Shown in pieces: positions 1 through 9,561 of a stretch of DNA of 64,000 bases; position 1 is the first letter of the stretch, and every line of letters begins with the position of its first letter. Both the position numbers and the translations under genes were made by a program. The DNA is taken from positions 235,251 to 299,250 of the forward strand of contig CAVZLW010000002.1 of NCBI GenBank assembly GCA_963776285.1, in the 5' to 3' direction. This DNA is from an uncultured Chloroflexia bacterium (GTDB lineage Bacteria > Chloroflexota > Limnocylindria > Limnocylindrales > CSP1-4). Below the pieces are notes generated by a model, which did no database searches, had not been told where the DNA came from, and worked only from the letters and a program-made list of their open reading frames with translations.

Positions 1-534
1 GTGAGCGTTCCCGATGGCGGGAGCGAAGACGTCCACGCCGGTGGCCTGGACGAAGTCGACGACCGTCTCGAGGCTCTGCACGTGCTGGGCCTCGTCGCCG
101 GTCATCTCCTCGGTGCGCTTGAAGCCCTCGATCTCCCCCTCGACGTCGGCGCCGTGGGTGCGGGCCTCCGCCACGACCTCGATGCACTGGCGCCTGTTCT
201 CCTCGACGCTGAGCTTGCTGGCGTCGAACAGGACGGAGCTCCAGCCCTTCGCGAGGCAGGCGCTGATGACGTCGCGCTCGGGGCAGTGGTCAAGGTGGAG
301 CGCGACGGGCACGCTCACGTGGCGCGTGTACTCCACCCACATCGCGTACATGGCGTCCAGGCCGGTCATCTTCACGTGCTTGACGGAGGTCTGGAGGATG
401 ACGGGTGCCTTGAGCTCCTCGGCGGCGGCGAGCACGGCCTCCATCGAGAGGTCGTTGATCACGTTGATCGCGGCGACGCCGTAGCGTTCCTTGAATGCGC
501 GGTCGAGGATGTCACGAGTCGGTACGACCGGCAC
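1..534 (-). CDS. fba: Class II fructose-bisphosphate aldolase (3' end runs off the window)
   Basis: Manual translation from GTG 534 (GGAGG upstream): VPVVPTRDILDRAFKERYGVAAINVIN...VALHLDHC...FAPAIGNAH. These are the class II aldolase HLDH and GNAH motifs. Absent from the ORF track because no stop lies in the window. Confidence 0.9.
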   Translation of the reverse strand, partial: MPVVPTRDILDRAFKERYGVAAINVINDLSMEAVLAAAEELKAPVILQTSVKHVKMTGLDAMYAMWVEYTRHVSVPVALHLDHCPERDVISACLAKGWSSVLFDASKLSVEENRRQCIEVVAEARTHGADVEGEIEGFKRTEEMTGDEAQHVQSLETVVDFVQATGVDVFAPAIGNAH

Positions 535-628
535 GCATGCACCTCCTTCTGCTGGGACGCGATTGCTGGGTTGGGCACGGGTCCTGCTGGGACGCGGTCG
601 CTTCCCGTTTCGGGGGTCCCCCGGCCGA

Positions 629-1645
629 TCACCTCCTCCTGCCGGCGGACCGGTCGCTGAACGGGATGGGTGTTCGGCCGTGGGACTGGCGCGCCAGCTC
701 GAGGACGGCGCGCGCGTTTCCCTCGTCGACGACGAGGACGTCGACGACACCTGCCCGGAGAACGCCGAAGATCGCCATCGGCTTCTCGACCTCGCTGACG
801 ACGGCGACGACGGTCTCGATGCGGTGCAGGTCCTGGATGGTGAGGGCGATCAGCCGTTCGCTGTGCGGCGAGGCGATCACCCGCCCGTCGACGTCGACGT
901 AGTTGCCCAGGATGTCCCCGACGGCGCCCTGGCGCCGGAGCCGCGCGATCTCGTCGAGAGACAGGCATCCGCTGCGGACCATGGTGCAGCCGTCGTCGAC
1001 GCTGCCGATGCCCACCAGGGCAACGCTCGCCCGCGCAGCCGCGTCGAGGGTGTGGGTGACCGCATCCTGCGCCACCAGGCGATCGCGCACCTCCGCGCTC
1101 TCGACGTAAGCGGGCGCATAGAGGCTGCGCGACCGTCCTCCGCTGGCGGCGGCAAGAGCCTGGGAGATCTCGTTCGGATTGGTCGGCGTGTCCACGCGGG
1201 GCGAGCCGCCCATCGCGCTCGCGAACTCGCAGTCGAGGCGGCGTCGAGGCCGGAAGAAGCGCGGGACCTCGCCGGTGTCGCGGCCGTGGCCGATGGCCAC
1301 GACCATCCCGTCCCGGATGCGCCGCTCCAGGAACTGGGCCGCGCTGCGGGCCACGGCCTCACGCTGCGACTGGGGATCCGCGCGACGCGGCGCCACGATC
1401 GCATCGGCCAGGCGGAACTCCTCGCGCAGGCTGGTCTCGAGGTCGAGGTCCAGCCACGGCGGCGTCGCGATCCGGATGTCGACGACCCCGGACCAGCGCG
1501 CACGCTCCAGCAGCCGTTGGACCTTCGGCCGGGAGAGGCCGAACTCGCGCCCGATCTCCTCCTGGGTCCGCCCGTCCGCGTAGTAGCGGTGGGCGATCCG
1601 CGCGAGGCGCTCGAAGTCTTCCGAGCTGAGGTCTTCGGGACCCAT
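629..1645 (-). CDS. SorC/CggR/LsrR-family sugar-binding transcriptional regulator
   Basis: N-terminal HTH (YY..G.TQEEIGREFGLSRPKVQRLL) and sugar-binding domain (GHGRDT, LVGIG, GAVGDILG..VD.DG). ATG 1645 has a GGAGGA RBS. Lies directly upstream of fba. Confidence 0.9.
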   Translation of the reverse strand: MGPEDLSSEDFERLARIAHRYYADGRTQEEIGREFGLSRPKVQRLLERARWSGVVDIRIATPPWLDLDLETSLREEFRLADAIVAPRRADPQSQREAVARSAAQFLERRIRDGMVVAIGHGRDTGEVPRFFRPRRRLDCEFASAMGGSPRVDTPTNPNEISQALAAASGGRSRSLYAPAYVESAEVRDRLVAQDAVTHTLDAAARASVALVGIGSVDDGCTMVRSGCLSLDEIARLRRQGAVGDILGNYVDVDGRVIASPHSERLIALTIQDLHRIETVVAVVSEVEKPMAIFGVLRAGVVDVLVVDEGNARAVLELARQSHGRTPIPFSDRSAGRRR

Positions 1646-1716
1646 GGTCCTCCAGGTCCGGTGGGTGGGCGGTCCGGGCGACAGGTGGCCCGAGGGACCC
1701 CCGCCCCGCACAAAGC

Positions 1717-1752
1717 GAGCAATTGCTCATTCGTGGGCGCCTGCTCACTCTA
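1717..1752 (-). promoter_or_regulatory. Probable promoter and operator of the regulator-fba operon
   Basis: Perfect palindrome GAGCAATTGCTC (1717-1728) and a degenerate copy GGGCGCCTGCTC (1735-1746). On the minus strand TGAGCA repeats at 18-bp spacing, with a -10-like TAGAGT at 1752-1747. Confidence 0.6.
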
Positions 1753-1895
1753 CCAGTCCGTCGCGGCCATCGCAAGGTCGTCTTGCCCGTCGACGCCGGC
1801 GCCACGGCTGGGCCCCGGCCGGGGCGATGTCGGCCGCGACCCTGGGGCTGGCGATCGCGATCGGCGGAAATCCTGGCGCGCCTGCTCGGCGTGGT

Positions 1896-3330
1896 CTAGG
1901 CCGGGTCGCCGCCGCTCTCGTCCGGTAGCCTCGCCGGCGGGGGAGCGACCGCCGTGGGCGGCGTCGTGACCGCCACGTCGTCCGCGGGCTTCGCCGCCCG
2001 GCGCAGCTCGGCCACGTCGAACGCGGCCGTTGCCGTCGACCAGGTGACGGACACCTCGATCCTCGTCGCGAGCACGAGGCGCACCAGGCCCGACCCGAGC
2101 ATCAGGAACGCAAACGTCGGGAAGGCGACCGGCAGCACCGCCAGCACCCCGGCCGAGCTCAGCTGGCCGACCGTCAGGCCGGTCGCGGTCCCGGCGACGA
2201 ACCGGCTCTGGGCGCCGATGAGGTCGACGCCGCCGGTCAGCCGCAGGAGGCGCTCGTTGGAGGCAAGGATCGCCTGTCGAGGCGCCCCCCGAGACGATCG
2301 CGGCCACGACCAGGAGCACCAGCCAGGCGTACGGGTTGCCGGGGAACGCGAGGAGGCCGAGGAGGATCCCGCCGCCGCGCAGGACGAACGACAGGCGGAG
2401 CGTGCGAGATGCCGACCCGCGGCTGAGCAGCCCCCCGACGATCGTCGCCGCCACCAGCGAGGCGGCCGAGGAGACGGCCGACAGGAGGATCGCGTATCCC
2501 GCCGTCTGGCCGAGGACGCTGATCGCGTAGATCGAGAGGTAGGGGCCGAAGCCTGCGCCCGCCGCGGCCAGCGTCACGATCCGGACGAATCCCCGGGTCT
2601 CGGGCGAGAGGGCCGGCCGATCGCCGTGGCGCGCGACGCGAACGCGCCCGGGGCGCCGCAGGCGGAGGACGGCGCCGAGCTCGGCGAGGCCGGCAAGCCC
2701 CGCGGCAAGGAAGACCGCGGCGTAGATCGCGAGGCCGACGGTCGAGAGCCCTCCCTGGACCGCGAGAGCCACCGGCAGAAGGAGCGCGGCCCCCAGCCCC
2801 TGCGTGATCCCCATCACCCGCGGGGCGACGAAGCGGCGCTCCGGCTCGGGCAGGATGGCGCCGTACCAGGCCTGGAGGTTGGCGCCGCCGATGGCGCTCG
2901 CGGCCCCGCCCAGGCACATGACGGTGGCGACGCAGGCGATCGCGACGCCGGCCGGGAGGAAGCCCGCGACATGGAGCAGGACGATGGTCGCGAGCAGGAA
3001 CCCGCGGGTCTCGCCGACGACGAGGATCGCCAGCGTCACCCCGCGCAGGTTGCCGTCCGTCCGCCGCAGCAGCGACGGGACGAGCAGCTGGGCCGCCGAG
3101 AAGGTGAACGGCAGGACGCCGATGACGGTGGCGAGCGCGGCGGGCGCCCCGAGGGCGAGAAGGAGCGGGATGGTCAGGCCGTCGCCGGCAAGCGCGAGAA
3201 CGGCGGCCGAGCCGATGCCGATTCCCTGGTAGGTCCGGTAGCGCCCGTCGGCGAACGCGCGCCACTCGTCGATCGCGAGGCGGGCCCCGGCAGGGAGGCG
3301 AGGGGGAGCGGGGGAGGGGAGCCCGGGCAC
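1896..3330 (-). pseudogene. MFS transporter with an apparent +1 frameshift near 2274
   Basis: The hydrophobic MFS-like ORF from GTG 3330 turns to nonsense after VSGGAST. The adjacent frame continues AILASNERLLRLTGG...VLAVLPVAFPTFAFLMLGSG to a stop at 1896. Confidence 0.7.
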
Positions 3331-3361
3331 CAGCTGATGGTACGCGCGGCGGGCTCGGACC

Positions 3362-3794
3362 TCAGTCGATGGTGATCGTCACCCCGGAGCCGTCCTCGTC
3401 GGTGACGTCGACGATCGGGCCCCGGAGGCCCGTGCGGAGCGCCTCCCGGACGCGGTCCACGTAGTCGACGGGGATGCCGGGCACGGCGCCGGCGAGCTCG
3501 GCGAGGACGCCCGGGAGCTGCAGGTCGATCACCGTGCGCCCGCCATCCCGCACCTGGACCCGCAGCCGCCGCGGCGGCCCGGCCGACGCGGCGGCGCTGG
3601 TGAAGGCGAACCGCGTGCCGCTGCCCGCGTCGCGGGCGGCCTTTCCGGCGGCTCGCGCCTGCTCGGCGCCCTCGCGCGCCCGGCCGGCGGCAGTCCGGGC
3701 CGGCGGCCAGGGCGTCGATGATCGGCGCCGCCTCCTCGGGGCGCAGGCGACCGTCGGCCACGAGCCGCAGGACGTCGTCGAGCGCGTCACCCAC
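3362..3794 (-). pseudogene. SHOCT-like domain protein with an apparent +1 frameshift near 3702
   Basis: GTG 3794 with GGAGG RBS gives VGDALDDVLRLVADGRLRPEEAAPIIDALAA (SHOCT-like). It continues in another frame as ARTAAG...RRLRVQVRDGGRTVIDLQLP...IVDVTDEDGSGVTITID to the stop at 3362. Confidence 0.7.
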
Positions 3795-4932
3795 CGTGGC
3801 CGACCTCCGCCGGGCCGCCGCCGACCGAGCCCTCGACAACGGTCAGCCGGCGCTCGGCCTCCGTGACGTCGATCTCGCCGCGGGCGAGCGCCTCGAGGAT
3901 GGCGAGCGTGGGCGGGTCGGGCGACGCGGCCGGAGCGACCTGCGTCTGCTCGGCGGCACCTGCCGGCGGGGGCTCCGGGGCGGCCGGGCGGGCCGGAGCC
4001 GGCGGCGCCGGAGGCACGCGCGGCAGCGGCGGGGCCGGCGGAACGCCGAACCGCCCGGCCGCCTCGCCGGTGGCTTCCGGGCGGGCGTCGGGCGAGGCGG
4101 GCTTGCCGGCCCGGACCTCGACATCGCCCGACATCGTACGGACGGAGAGCTGTGCCGCTCCGTCGCCGATGACGAGCGGACGCCGCCGTCCGTCGCCCTC
4201 GCGCCGGTCCGGATGCTCGCACTCGACGCTCCCCGAGACGGTGCGCACGGCGAGCGTGATCCCTCCGACGAGGGCCATTTCGACGTCGCCCGAGACGGTC
4301 GAGATGGTGTGCGGAACGCGCGGGGCGAACGCGCCGCCCAGCTCGACGTCGCCGCTGATCGTCTCGATCGCCACCCGCTCGAAGCGCGGCGCGCGGGCCT
4401 GGACGTCGCCCGACACGGCCCTGACCTCGAGGGTGATTGGCTCCACGGCCGTCACGTTGACGTCGCCGGAGGCGGCTTCGGCCATGATGGGTCCGGCGGC
4501 TCGCTTGACGGAGATGTCCCCGGAGGTGGTCTTGAGGGTGGCGCCGCCGGCCACGTCGCGAACGGCGACGTCGCCGGCCGACGAGGTGACGACGACGCGG
4601 GCATCGCGCGGGACCTCCACCTCGACCGTCCCCGAGACCCGCAGGCGGAGCGGCATGCCGAAGCCGCGCGTCCCGATCTGGATCCCGACGAACCCGGTCT
4701 TCTCAAGCCCGACGTGGCGAGCGGTGCGGATGCTGAAGCGGCCGGGCTCGGCGCTCGTCTCGATTCCGATGCCGTTGGCCGGGGCGACGACACGGGCTTC
4801 GGTGCCGTCGACGCCGCGGACGCGGACGTCGTCGGCCTCGACCGTGATCGACACCACACCGGCCGCGCCGATGTCGTGCGCTCGTGGGCCCACGGGGCCG
4901 GTTGCGATCTCGGGCTCGTCGCGGGTGGTCAT
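3787..4932 (-). CDS. DUF4097 (toastrack/adhesin-like beta-repeat) protein with C-terminal SHOCT-like helix
   Basis: Repeated T.SGDV/I motifs, a Pro/Ala linker, and C-terminal LAILEALARGEIDVTEAERRL. Confidence 0.85.
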   Translation of the reverse strand: MTTRDEPEIATGPVGPRAHDIGAAGVVSITVEADDVRVRGVDGTEARVVAPANGIGIETSAEPGRFSIRTARHVGLEKTGFVGIQIGTRGFGMPLRLRVSGTVEVEVPRDARVVVTSSAGDVAVRDVAGGATLKTTSGDISVKRAAGPIMAEAASGDVNVTAVEPITLEVRAVSGDVQARAPRFERVAIETISGDVELGGAFAPRVPHTISTVSGDVEMALVGGITLAVRTVSGSVECEHPDRREGDGRRRPLVIGDGAAQLSVRTMSGDVEVRAGKPASPDARPEATGEAAGRFGVPPAPPLPRVPPAPPAPARPAAPEPPPAGAAEQTQVAPAASPDPPTLAILEALARGEIDVTEAERRLTVVEGSVGGGPAEVGHGG

Positions 4933-4934
4933 CG

Positions 4935-5375
4935 TCAGCCCCCCAGTGCCCGCAGCTCGGCTGCGGCGGTTGCCGCGTCGATCTCGCGACGCGCCAGGCG
5001 CTCGAGCACGGCCCGGCGGGCGGCCGCCTCATCGGCTGCGAGGCCGGCGTCGGCCGCTGGCCCGGCGTCGATGGAAGCCGGCAGCTCGTCCGGGACAGGC
5101 TCGTCACCGTCGCCGAGCCCGAGGGCCCGGAGCAGGGTGTCGACGCGGGCGCGGACCGTGGGATAGCTGATCCCGAGCTCGCGTTCCATCTCCTTCAGGT
5201 TGCCCCGCGACCGGAGGAAGCTCTCGAGGAGCGCGAACTGCTCGCGCGAGAGGCGAGCGAACCGGCCGACATTGAAGTCGCCCTCGAGGGTCGTCCCGCA
5301 GCTCCGGCAGTGGAGGCGCGTCACGGCGAGCTCGCCGCTGCAGATGGGGCAGGTCGCGATCGCGTCGTGCGGCAT
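4935..5375 (-). CDS. DUF2089 family protein (Zn ribbon, HTH, SHOCT-like tail)
   Basis: MPHDAIATCPIC...CRSCGTTLEGDF...GNLKEMERELGISYPTVRARVD is the characteristic DUF2089 pattern. Confidence 0.9.
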   Translation of the reverse strand: MPHDAIATCPICSGELAVTRLHCRSCGTTLEGDFNVGRFARLSREQFALLESFLRSRGNLKEMERELGISYPTVRARVDTLLRALGLGDGDEPVPDELPASIDAGPAADAGLAADEAAARRAVLERLARREIDAATAAAELRALGG

Positions 5376-5521
5376 CAGTGCCGCTCCCGCCGGGTCGGGC
5401 GCTCGGGCCGGTAGGCCCCCGTGCTGCGGCGCCGATCGCCCTCGGTCCGGGCGTCGCCGGCCAGCTCGCGGCGGATCTGCTGGCTCCCCAGGCGGGGGAA
5501 GAGGATGCGGTACTCGTACAT
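5375..5521 (-). CDS. Putative 48-aa small protein coupled to the DUF2089 gene
   Basis: ATG 5521 after GAGGGGG gives MYEYRILFPRLGSQQIRRELAGDARTEGDRRRSTGAYRPERPTRRERH. Its TGA overlaps the DUF2089 ATG (TGATG). Confidence 0.5.
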   Translation of the reverse strand: MYEYRILFPRLGSQQIRRELAGDARTEGDRRRSTGAYRPERPTRRERH

Positions 5522-5559
5522 CGTTGGCGGCCCCCTCGGGTGACTTGTTCGCGTGCTGT

Positions 5560-5630
5560 TGGTGCATTGTTGTATCTAGACTCAACGATTGTCAAGTATC
5601 TTTTCTATACACGCAACATACAGCACAACT
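5560..5630 (-). promoter_or_regulatory. AT-rich promoter region of the DUF2089 operon
   Basis: Conspicuously AT-rich island with a consensus TTGACA on the minus strand (5595-5590). The -10 element is imperfect (TACAAC or AACAAT). Confidence 0.55.
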
Positions 5631-5808
5631 GACCTACCCGCGGGTCCGGTCCGCCGACACGCGTCCGGCGGCCCGACCAGGCGCCGTGGCGCAGGTGGAG
5701 GATGCCGGCGGCCCCCGGCCCGGCCTGCAATGCCGGGCCGGGCGGGCTGGCCCCGGGCCCCTGTCATCGACTACGCTGCCGGGGTCAGGCTTCGCCAAGG
5801 CAGTCGAC

Positions 5809-8800
5809 GTGATCTGTTCCGGCTGCGGCATCGAGTCCAAGCCCGGGCGCAGGTTCTGCGCCGGGTGCGGCCGTCCCCTCGCCGGGTCATGCCCTGCCTG
5901 CGGCGCTGCGAGCGACCCCGCCGATCGGTTCTGCGGCGCATGCGGTGCCGAGCTTGCTCGTGATGTCGGCTCCGGCCAGCACGCTGCTCCAGCGTCGACC
6001 CCCGTGGCCCGACCCGCCGCATCCAACGCCGAGCGTCGGCTCGTGACCATCCTGTTCGTCGACCTCGTCGGCTTCACGCCGTTCGCCGAGGAGCGCGACG
6101 CGGAAGAGGTGCGAGACACCCTCGCCCGCTACTTCGAGATCGCGGAGGCGGTGATCGGGCGACACGGCGGTACCGTCGAGAAGTTCATCGGCGACGCCGT
6201 GATGGCAGTCTGGGGGACACCGGTGGCCCACGAGGACGACGCCGAACGGGCCGTCCGGGCCGGCCTCGATCTCGTGGATGCGGTGGGCGCGCTCGGGCCT
6301 GCGTTCTCGGCCCGGGCCGGCATCACGACCGGCGAAGCAGCCGTCACGGTCGGGGCGACGGGCCAGGGTCTCGTCGCCGGCGACCTGGTCAACACCGCCT
6401 CCCGCCTGCAGAGCGCCTCGCCTGCCGGGACCGTGCTCGTGGGCGAGGCGACGCGCCGGGCCGCCGCCCGCGCGATCGCCTTCGAGCCAGCCGGCGTGCA
6501 GCACCTTCGGGGCAAGGCCGATCCCGTGGCTGCCTGGCGGGCAGTCTGCGTCGTGGCCGAGCTGGGGGGCAGGAATCGACGCGAGACGCTGGAGGCGCCC
6601 TTCGTCGGCCGGGCCGACGAGCTCCGCCTGCTCAAGGACCTGCTCCACGCCACCGGCCGGGAGCGGCGCGCCCGCCTCGTGTCCGTCGTCGGGGTGACCG
6701 GGATCGGCAAGAGCCGCCTCGCCTGGGAGCTCTCGAAGTACGCCGACGGGCTGGTGGAGGACACCTGGTGGCACGTCGGCCGCTGCCCCGCCTACGGCGA
6801 CGGGATCGCGTTCTGGGCCCTCGGCGAGATGATCCGCCAGCGAGCCGGGCTGCTCGAGACGGACGACGAGGCCACCACGCGGTCGAGGATCGGCGCGACC
6901 GTCCGGGAGTGGATCACCGACGAGGCCGAGCAGCGCCGGGTCGAGCCGGCCCTCCTGGCACTGCTCGGAATCGAGACCGGCGCGGCGGCCCCAGAGCAGC
7001 TGTTCGGCGCCTGGCGGACGTTCTTCGAGCGGATCGCCAGTCGGGGCACGGTCGTCCTCGTCTTCGAGGATCTCCACGAGGCCGACCCGGGCCTGCTGGC
7101 GTTCATCGACCACCTCGTGGAGTGGAGCCGCGCGCTTCCGTTCTTCGTCCTGACCCTGGCCCGCCCGGAGCTCCTGGAGCGGCGTTCCGACTGGGGCGCC
7201 GGGAAGCGGAGCTTCGCCTCGGTCTCCCTGGAGCCGCTCCCGGACCCGGCGATGCGCGAGCTCCTCGACGGCCTTGTCCCGGGGCTGCCCGAGCAGGCTG
7301 CGGTCGCGATCGTGGGTCGGGCGGACGGCGTGCCGCTCTACGCCGTCGAGACGGTGCGCATGCTCCTCGACGAAGGAAAGCTGGTGGCGACGGACGGCGC
7401 CTTCCGGCCGACCGGTGACCTCGCCGATCTCGCCGTCCCCGAGACGCTGACCGAGCTGGTCGCCGCCCGGCTCGACACGCTGACGCCCGCCGAGCGGGCC
7501 CTCGTCTCGGATGCGGCCGTGCTGGGCCAGAGCTTCACCACGGCCGCCCTGGCGGCGGTGAGCGGGACCGAGGAAGGGACCCTCGAGCCGCTGCTCCGCG
7601 GGCTGGTCCGCCGCGAGCTCTTCACCCTCGTCGCGGATCCGCAGAGCCCCGAGCGGGGCCAGCACGTGTTCGTCCAGGCCCTCGTCCGGGAGGTCGCGTA
7701 CAACACCCTCGCGCGCCGCGACCGGACGGCCCGGCACCTGGGCGCGGCCCGGCATTTCGAGTCCCTGGGGACCGACGAGATCGCGGGCGCATTCGCCGCT
7801 CACTACCTTGCCGCGTACCGGAACGTCCCGCCCGGTCCCGAGGCCGAGGCCCTCGCGACCCATGTCCGGCTCGCCCTGCGGGCCGCCGCCGAGCGGGCGG
7901 TGAGCCTCGGTTCTCACGACCAGGCCATCGCCATCGCCGAGCAGGCGCTTGCCGTGACGGCGGACCCGGGCGCGCAGGCCGAGCTGCTCGAGCTGGCGGG
8001 CCGTGCCGCCTCGGCCGCCGCGCACCACGACCGGGCGGAAGGGTTCCTCCAGCGGGCCATGGCGCTGCACCGTGAGCGGGGCGATCGAGGCGCGGAGGCG
8101 CGGGCGACTGCCGCCCTCGGCCAGGCACTCCTCAACACCTACCGCACGGAGGCCGCCCTCGCGATCCTCGAACCGGCGGCGGCTGAGCTCGGCGACGTCG
8201 CCGCCCTTGCCGACGACCCCGGGCTGCTCCGTCTCGGCGGCCAGCTGGCCCGCGCACTGTTCATGAACAACCTGTCGGGACGGGCGATCCCGACCGCCGA
8301 CGCCGTGCTCGAGAAGGCCGAGCGGCTGGACCTGATCCAGGTTCTCGCCGACACCCTCGTCACGAAGGGCTCGGCCCTGTGCGACGTGGGCCGCCCTCGC
8401 GAGGGGATCGGCCTTTTGCGGGCGGGCCTCGAGCTCGCCGAGACTCGCGGGCTCACCTCGACGGCGCTACGGGCGCGGCTGAACCTCGGGGGCATCGTCT
8501 TCGAGGACGATCCGGTCGGCGCCGCGCGACTCGGCAAGGAGAGCGTCACGCTGGCCCGGCACCTCGGGCTGCGGGACGCAGTCCTGGCCTACAACGCGGC
8601 CTGGACGGCGACAGCCTGTGGGGAGTGGGACTGGGCCCTCGCCCAGGTCGGCGAGCTTCTCGAGACGGACCTCGAAGGCGAGGACCGCTCGATGATGCTC
8701 GGCATCCGGGCCTGGATCGGCTCCTGGCGCGGGGAGGCCGTCGCGGATGCCTTCGCCGAGGTCGACCGGCTCTCGGCAGACTTCGCGGACCCGGGGTTGA

Positions 8801-9561
8801 CCAGCGGCCTCCACGAGCTGCGGGCGGACGTGGCGCTGTCGGCGGGCAGGCTCGAGGAGGCCGGGGTCGAAGGCCTCGAGGCGTCCCGGTATCTCCCGGT
8901 GGCCCCCTACGCCTTCCGCATCGCCGGCCGTGCCGCGCTGTGGCGCCGCGACGCGGGTGCGGCCCAGGTCGCTCTCGACGGCATCGACGGTTATCGCCTT
9001 CCCGGTCGCGTCATCGACGCGACGCGGGCGAACCTCCGCGCGGGGCTGGCCGCCCTCGAGGGGCGCCGCGACGAGGCACTCCGAGCGTATCGCGACGTGG
9101 GGCGCCGATGGCTCGACCTGGGCCTCCCGCTCGACGAGGCGTTCACCGCGATCGAGATGGCGACACTCCTCGATCCCGTCGACCCCGAGGTGCGGGCCGC
9201 CGCGGACCGTGCCCGGGAGATCCTCGTTCCGCTGCGGGCGCAGCCCTTCCTCGACCGCCTCGCGGCCGCGATGGCAGGCCGGCCGCAACCCGACCCGGAC
9301 GGCCGGGCCGTGACGGACGGGTCGCGGGGACCGCGGAGATCGCGCGGGCGTAGCATCCGCGCATGCCCGCCAACCGGCTCGCCGGCGAGACGAGCCCGTA
9401 CCTCCTGCAGCACGCCCACAACCCCGTGGACTGGTATCCGTGGGGGCCGGAGGCGCTGGAGCGCGCCCGTGTCCTGGACCGTCCGATCTTCCTCTCGATC
9501 GGCTACGCGGCCTGCCACTGGTGCCACGTCATGGAGCGCGAGTCGTTCGAGGACCCGGTGA
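5809..9561 (+). CDS. Double Zn ribbon - class III adenylate/guanylate cyclase - STAND/AAA ATPase - TPR protein (3' end uncertain)
   Basis: Four CxxC motifs. Cyclase motifs [21 protein letters not shown] and [11 protein letters not shown]; FVGR..EL; Walker A GVTGIGKS; Walker B VLVFEDLH; helical repeats. The ORF tail overlaps the next gene by about 200 nt. Confidence 0.9.
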   Translation: MICSGCGIESKPGRRFCAGCGRPLAGSCPACGAASDPADRFCGACGAELARDVGSGQHAAPASTPVARPAASNAERRLVTILFVDLVGFTPFAEERDAEEVRDTLARYFEIAEAVIGRHGGTVEKFIGDAVMAVWGTPVAHEDDAERAVRAGLDLVDAVGALGPAFSARAGITTGEAAVTVGATGQGLVAGDLVNTASRLQSASPAGTVLVGEATRRAAARAIAFEPAGVQHLRGKADPVAAWRAVCVVAELGGRNRRETLEAPFVGRADELRLLKDLLHATGRERRARLVSVVGVTGIGKSRLAWELSKYADGLVEDTWWHVGRCPAYGDGIAFWALGEMIRQRAGLLETDDEATTRSRIGATVREWITDEAEQRRVEPALLALLGIETGAAAPEQLFGAWRTFFERIASRGTVVLVFEDLHEADPGLLAFIDHLVEWSRALPFFVLTLARPELLERRSDWGAGKRSFASVSLEPLPDPAMRELLDGLVPGLPEQAAVAIVGRADGVPLYAVETVRMLLDEGKLVATDGAFRPTGDLADLAVPETLTELVAARLDTLTPAERALVSDAAVLGQSFTTAALAAVSGTEEGTLEPLLRGLVRRELFTLVADPQSPERGQHVFVQALVREVAYNTLARRDRTARHLGAARHFESLGTDEIAGAFAAHYLAAYRNVPPGPEAEALATHVRLALRAAAERAVSLGSHDQAIAIAEQALAVTADPGAQAELLELAGRAASAAAHHDRAEGFLQRAMALHRERGDRGAEARATAALGQALLNTYRTEAALAILEPAAAELGDVAALADDPGLLRLGGQLARALFMNNLSGRAIPTADAVLEKAERLDLIQVLADTLVTKGSALCDVGRPREGIGLLRAGLELAETRGLTSTALRARLNLGGIVFEDDPVGAARLGKESVTLARHLGLRDAVLAYNAAWTATACGEWDWALAQVGELLETDLEGEDRSMMLGIRAWIGSWRGEAVADAFAEVDRLSADFADPGLTSGLHELRADVALSAGRLEEAGVEGLEASRYLPVAPYAFRIAGRAALWRRDAGAAQVALDGIDGYRLPGRVIDATRANLRAGLAALEGRRDEALRAYRDVGRRWLDLGLPLDEAFTAIEMATLLDPVDPEVRAAADRAREILVPLRAQPFLDRLAAAMAGRPQPDPDGRAVTDGSRGPRRSRGRSIRACPPTGSPARRARTSCSTPTTPWTGIRGGRRRWSAPVSWTVRSSSRSATRPATGATSWSASRSRTR

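Noticed and set aside
1-660. Plus-strand 219-aa and 156-aa ORFs
   Set aside because: Antisense shadows of fba, whose motifs are on the minus strand.
2265-3712. Programmed ribosomal frameshifting at the two frameshift sites
   Set aside because: No slippery heptamer or stimulatory signal at either site. Assembly error or decay is more parsimonious.
5200-5808. N-terminal extension of the cyclase ORF
   Set aside because: It overlaps the oppositely oriented DUF2089 gene and its promoter. Protein-like sequence begins at the Zn ribbon (GTG 5809).
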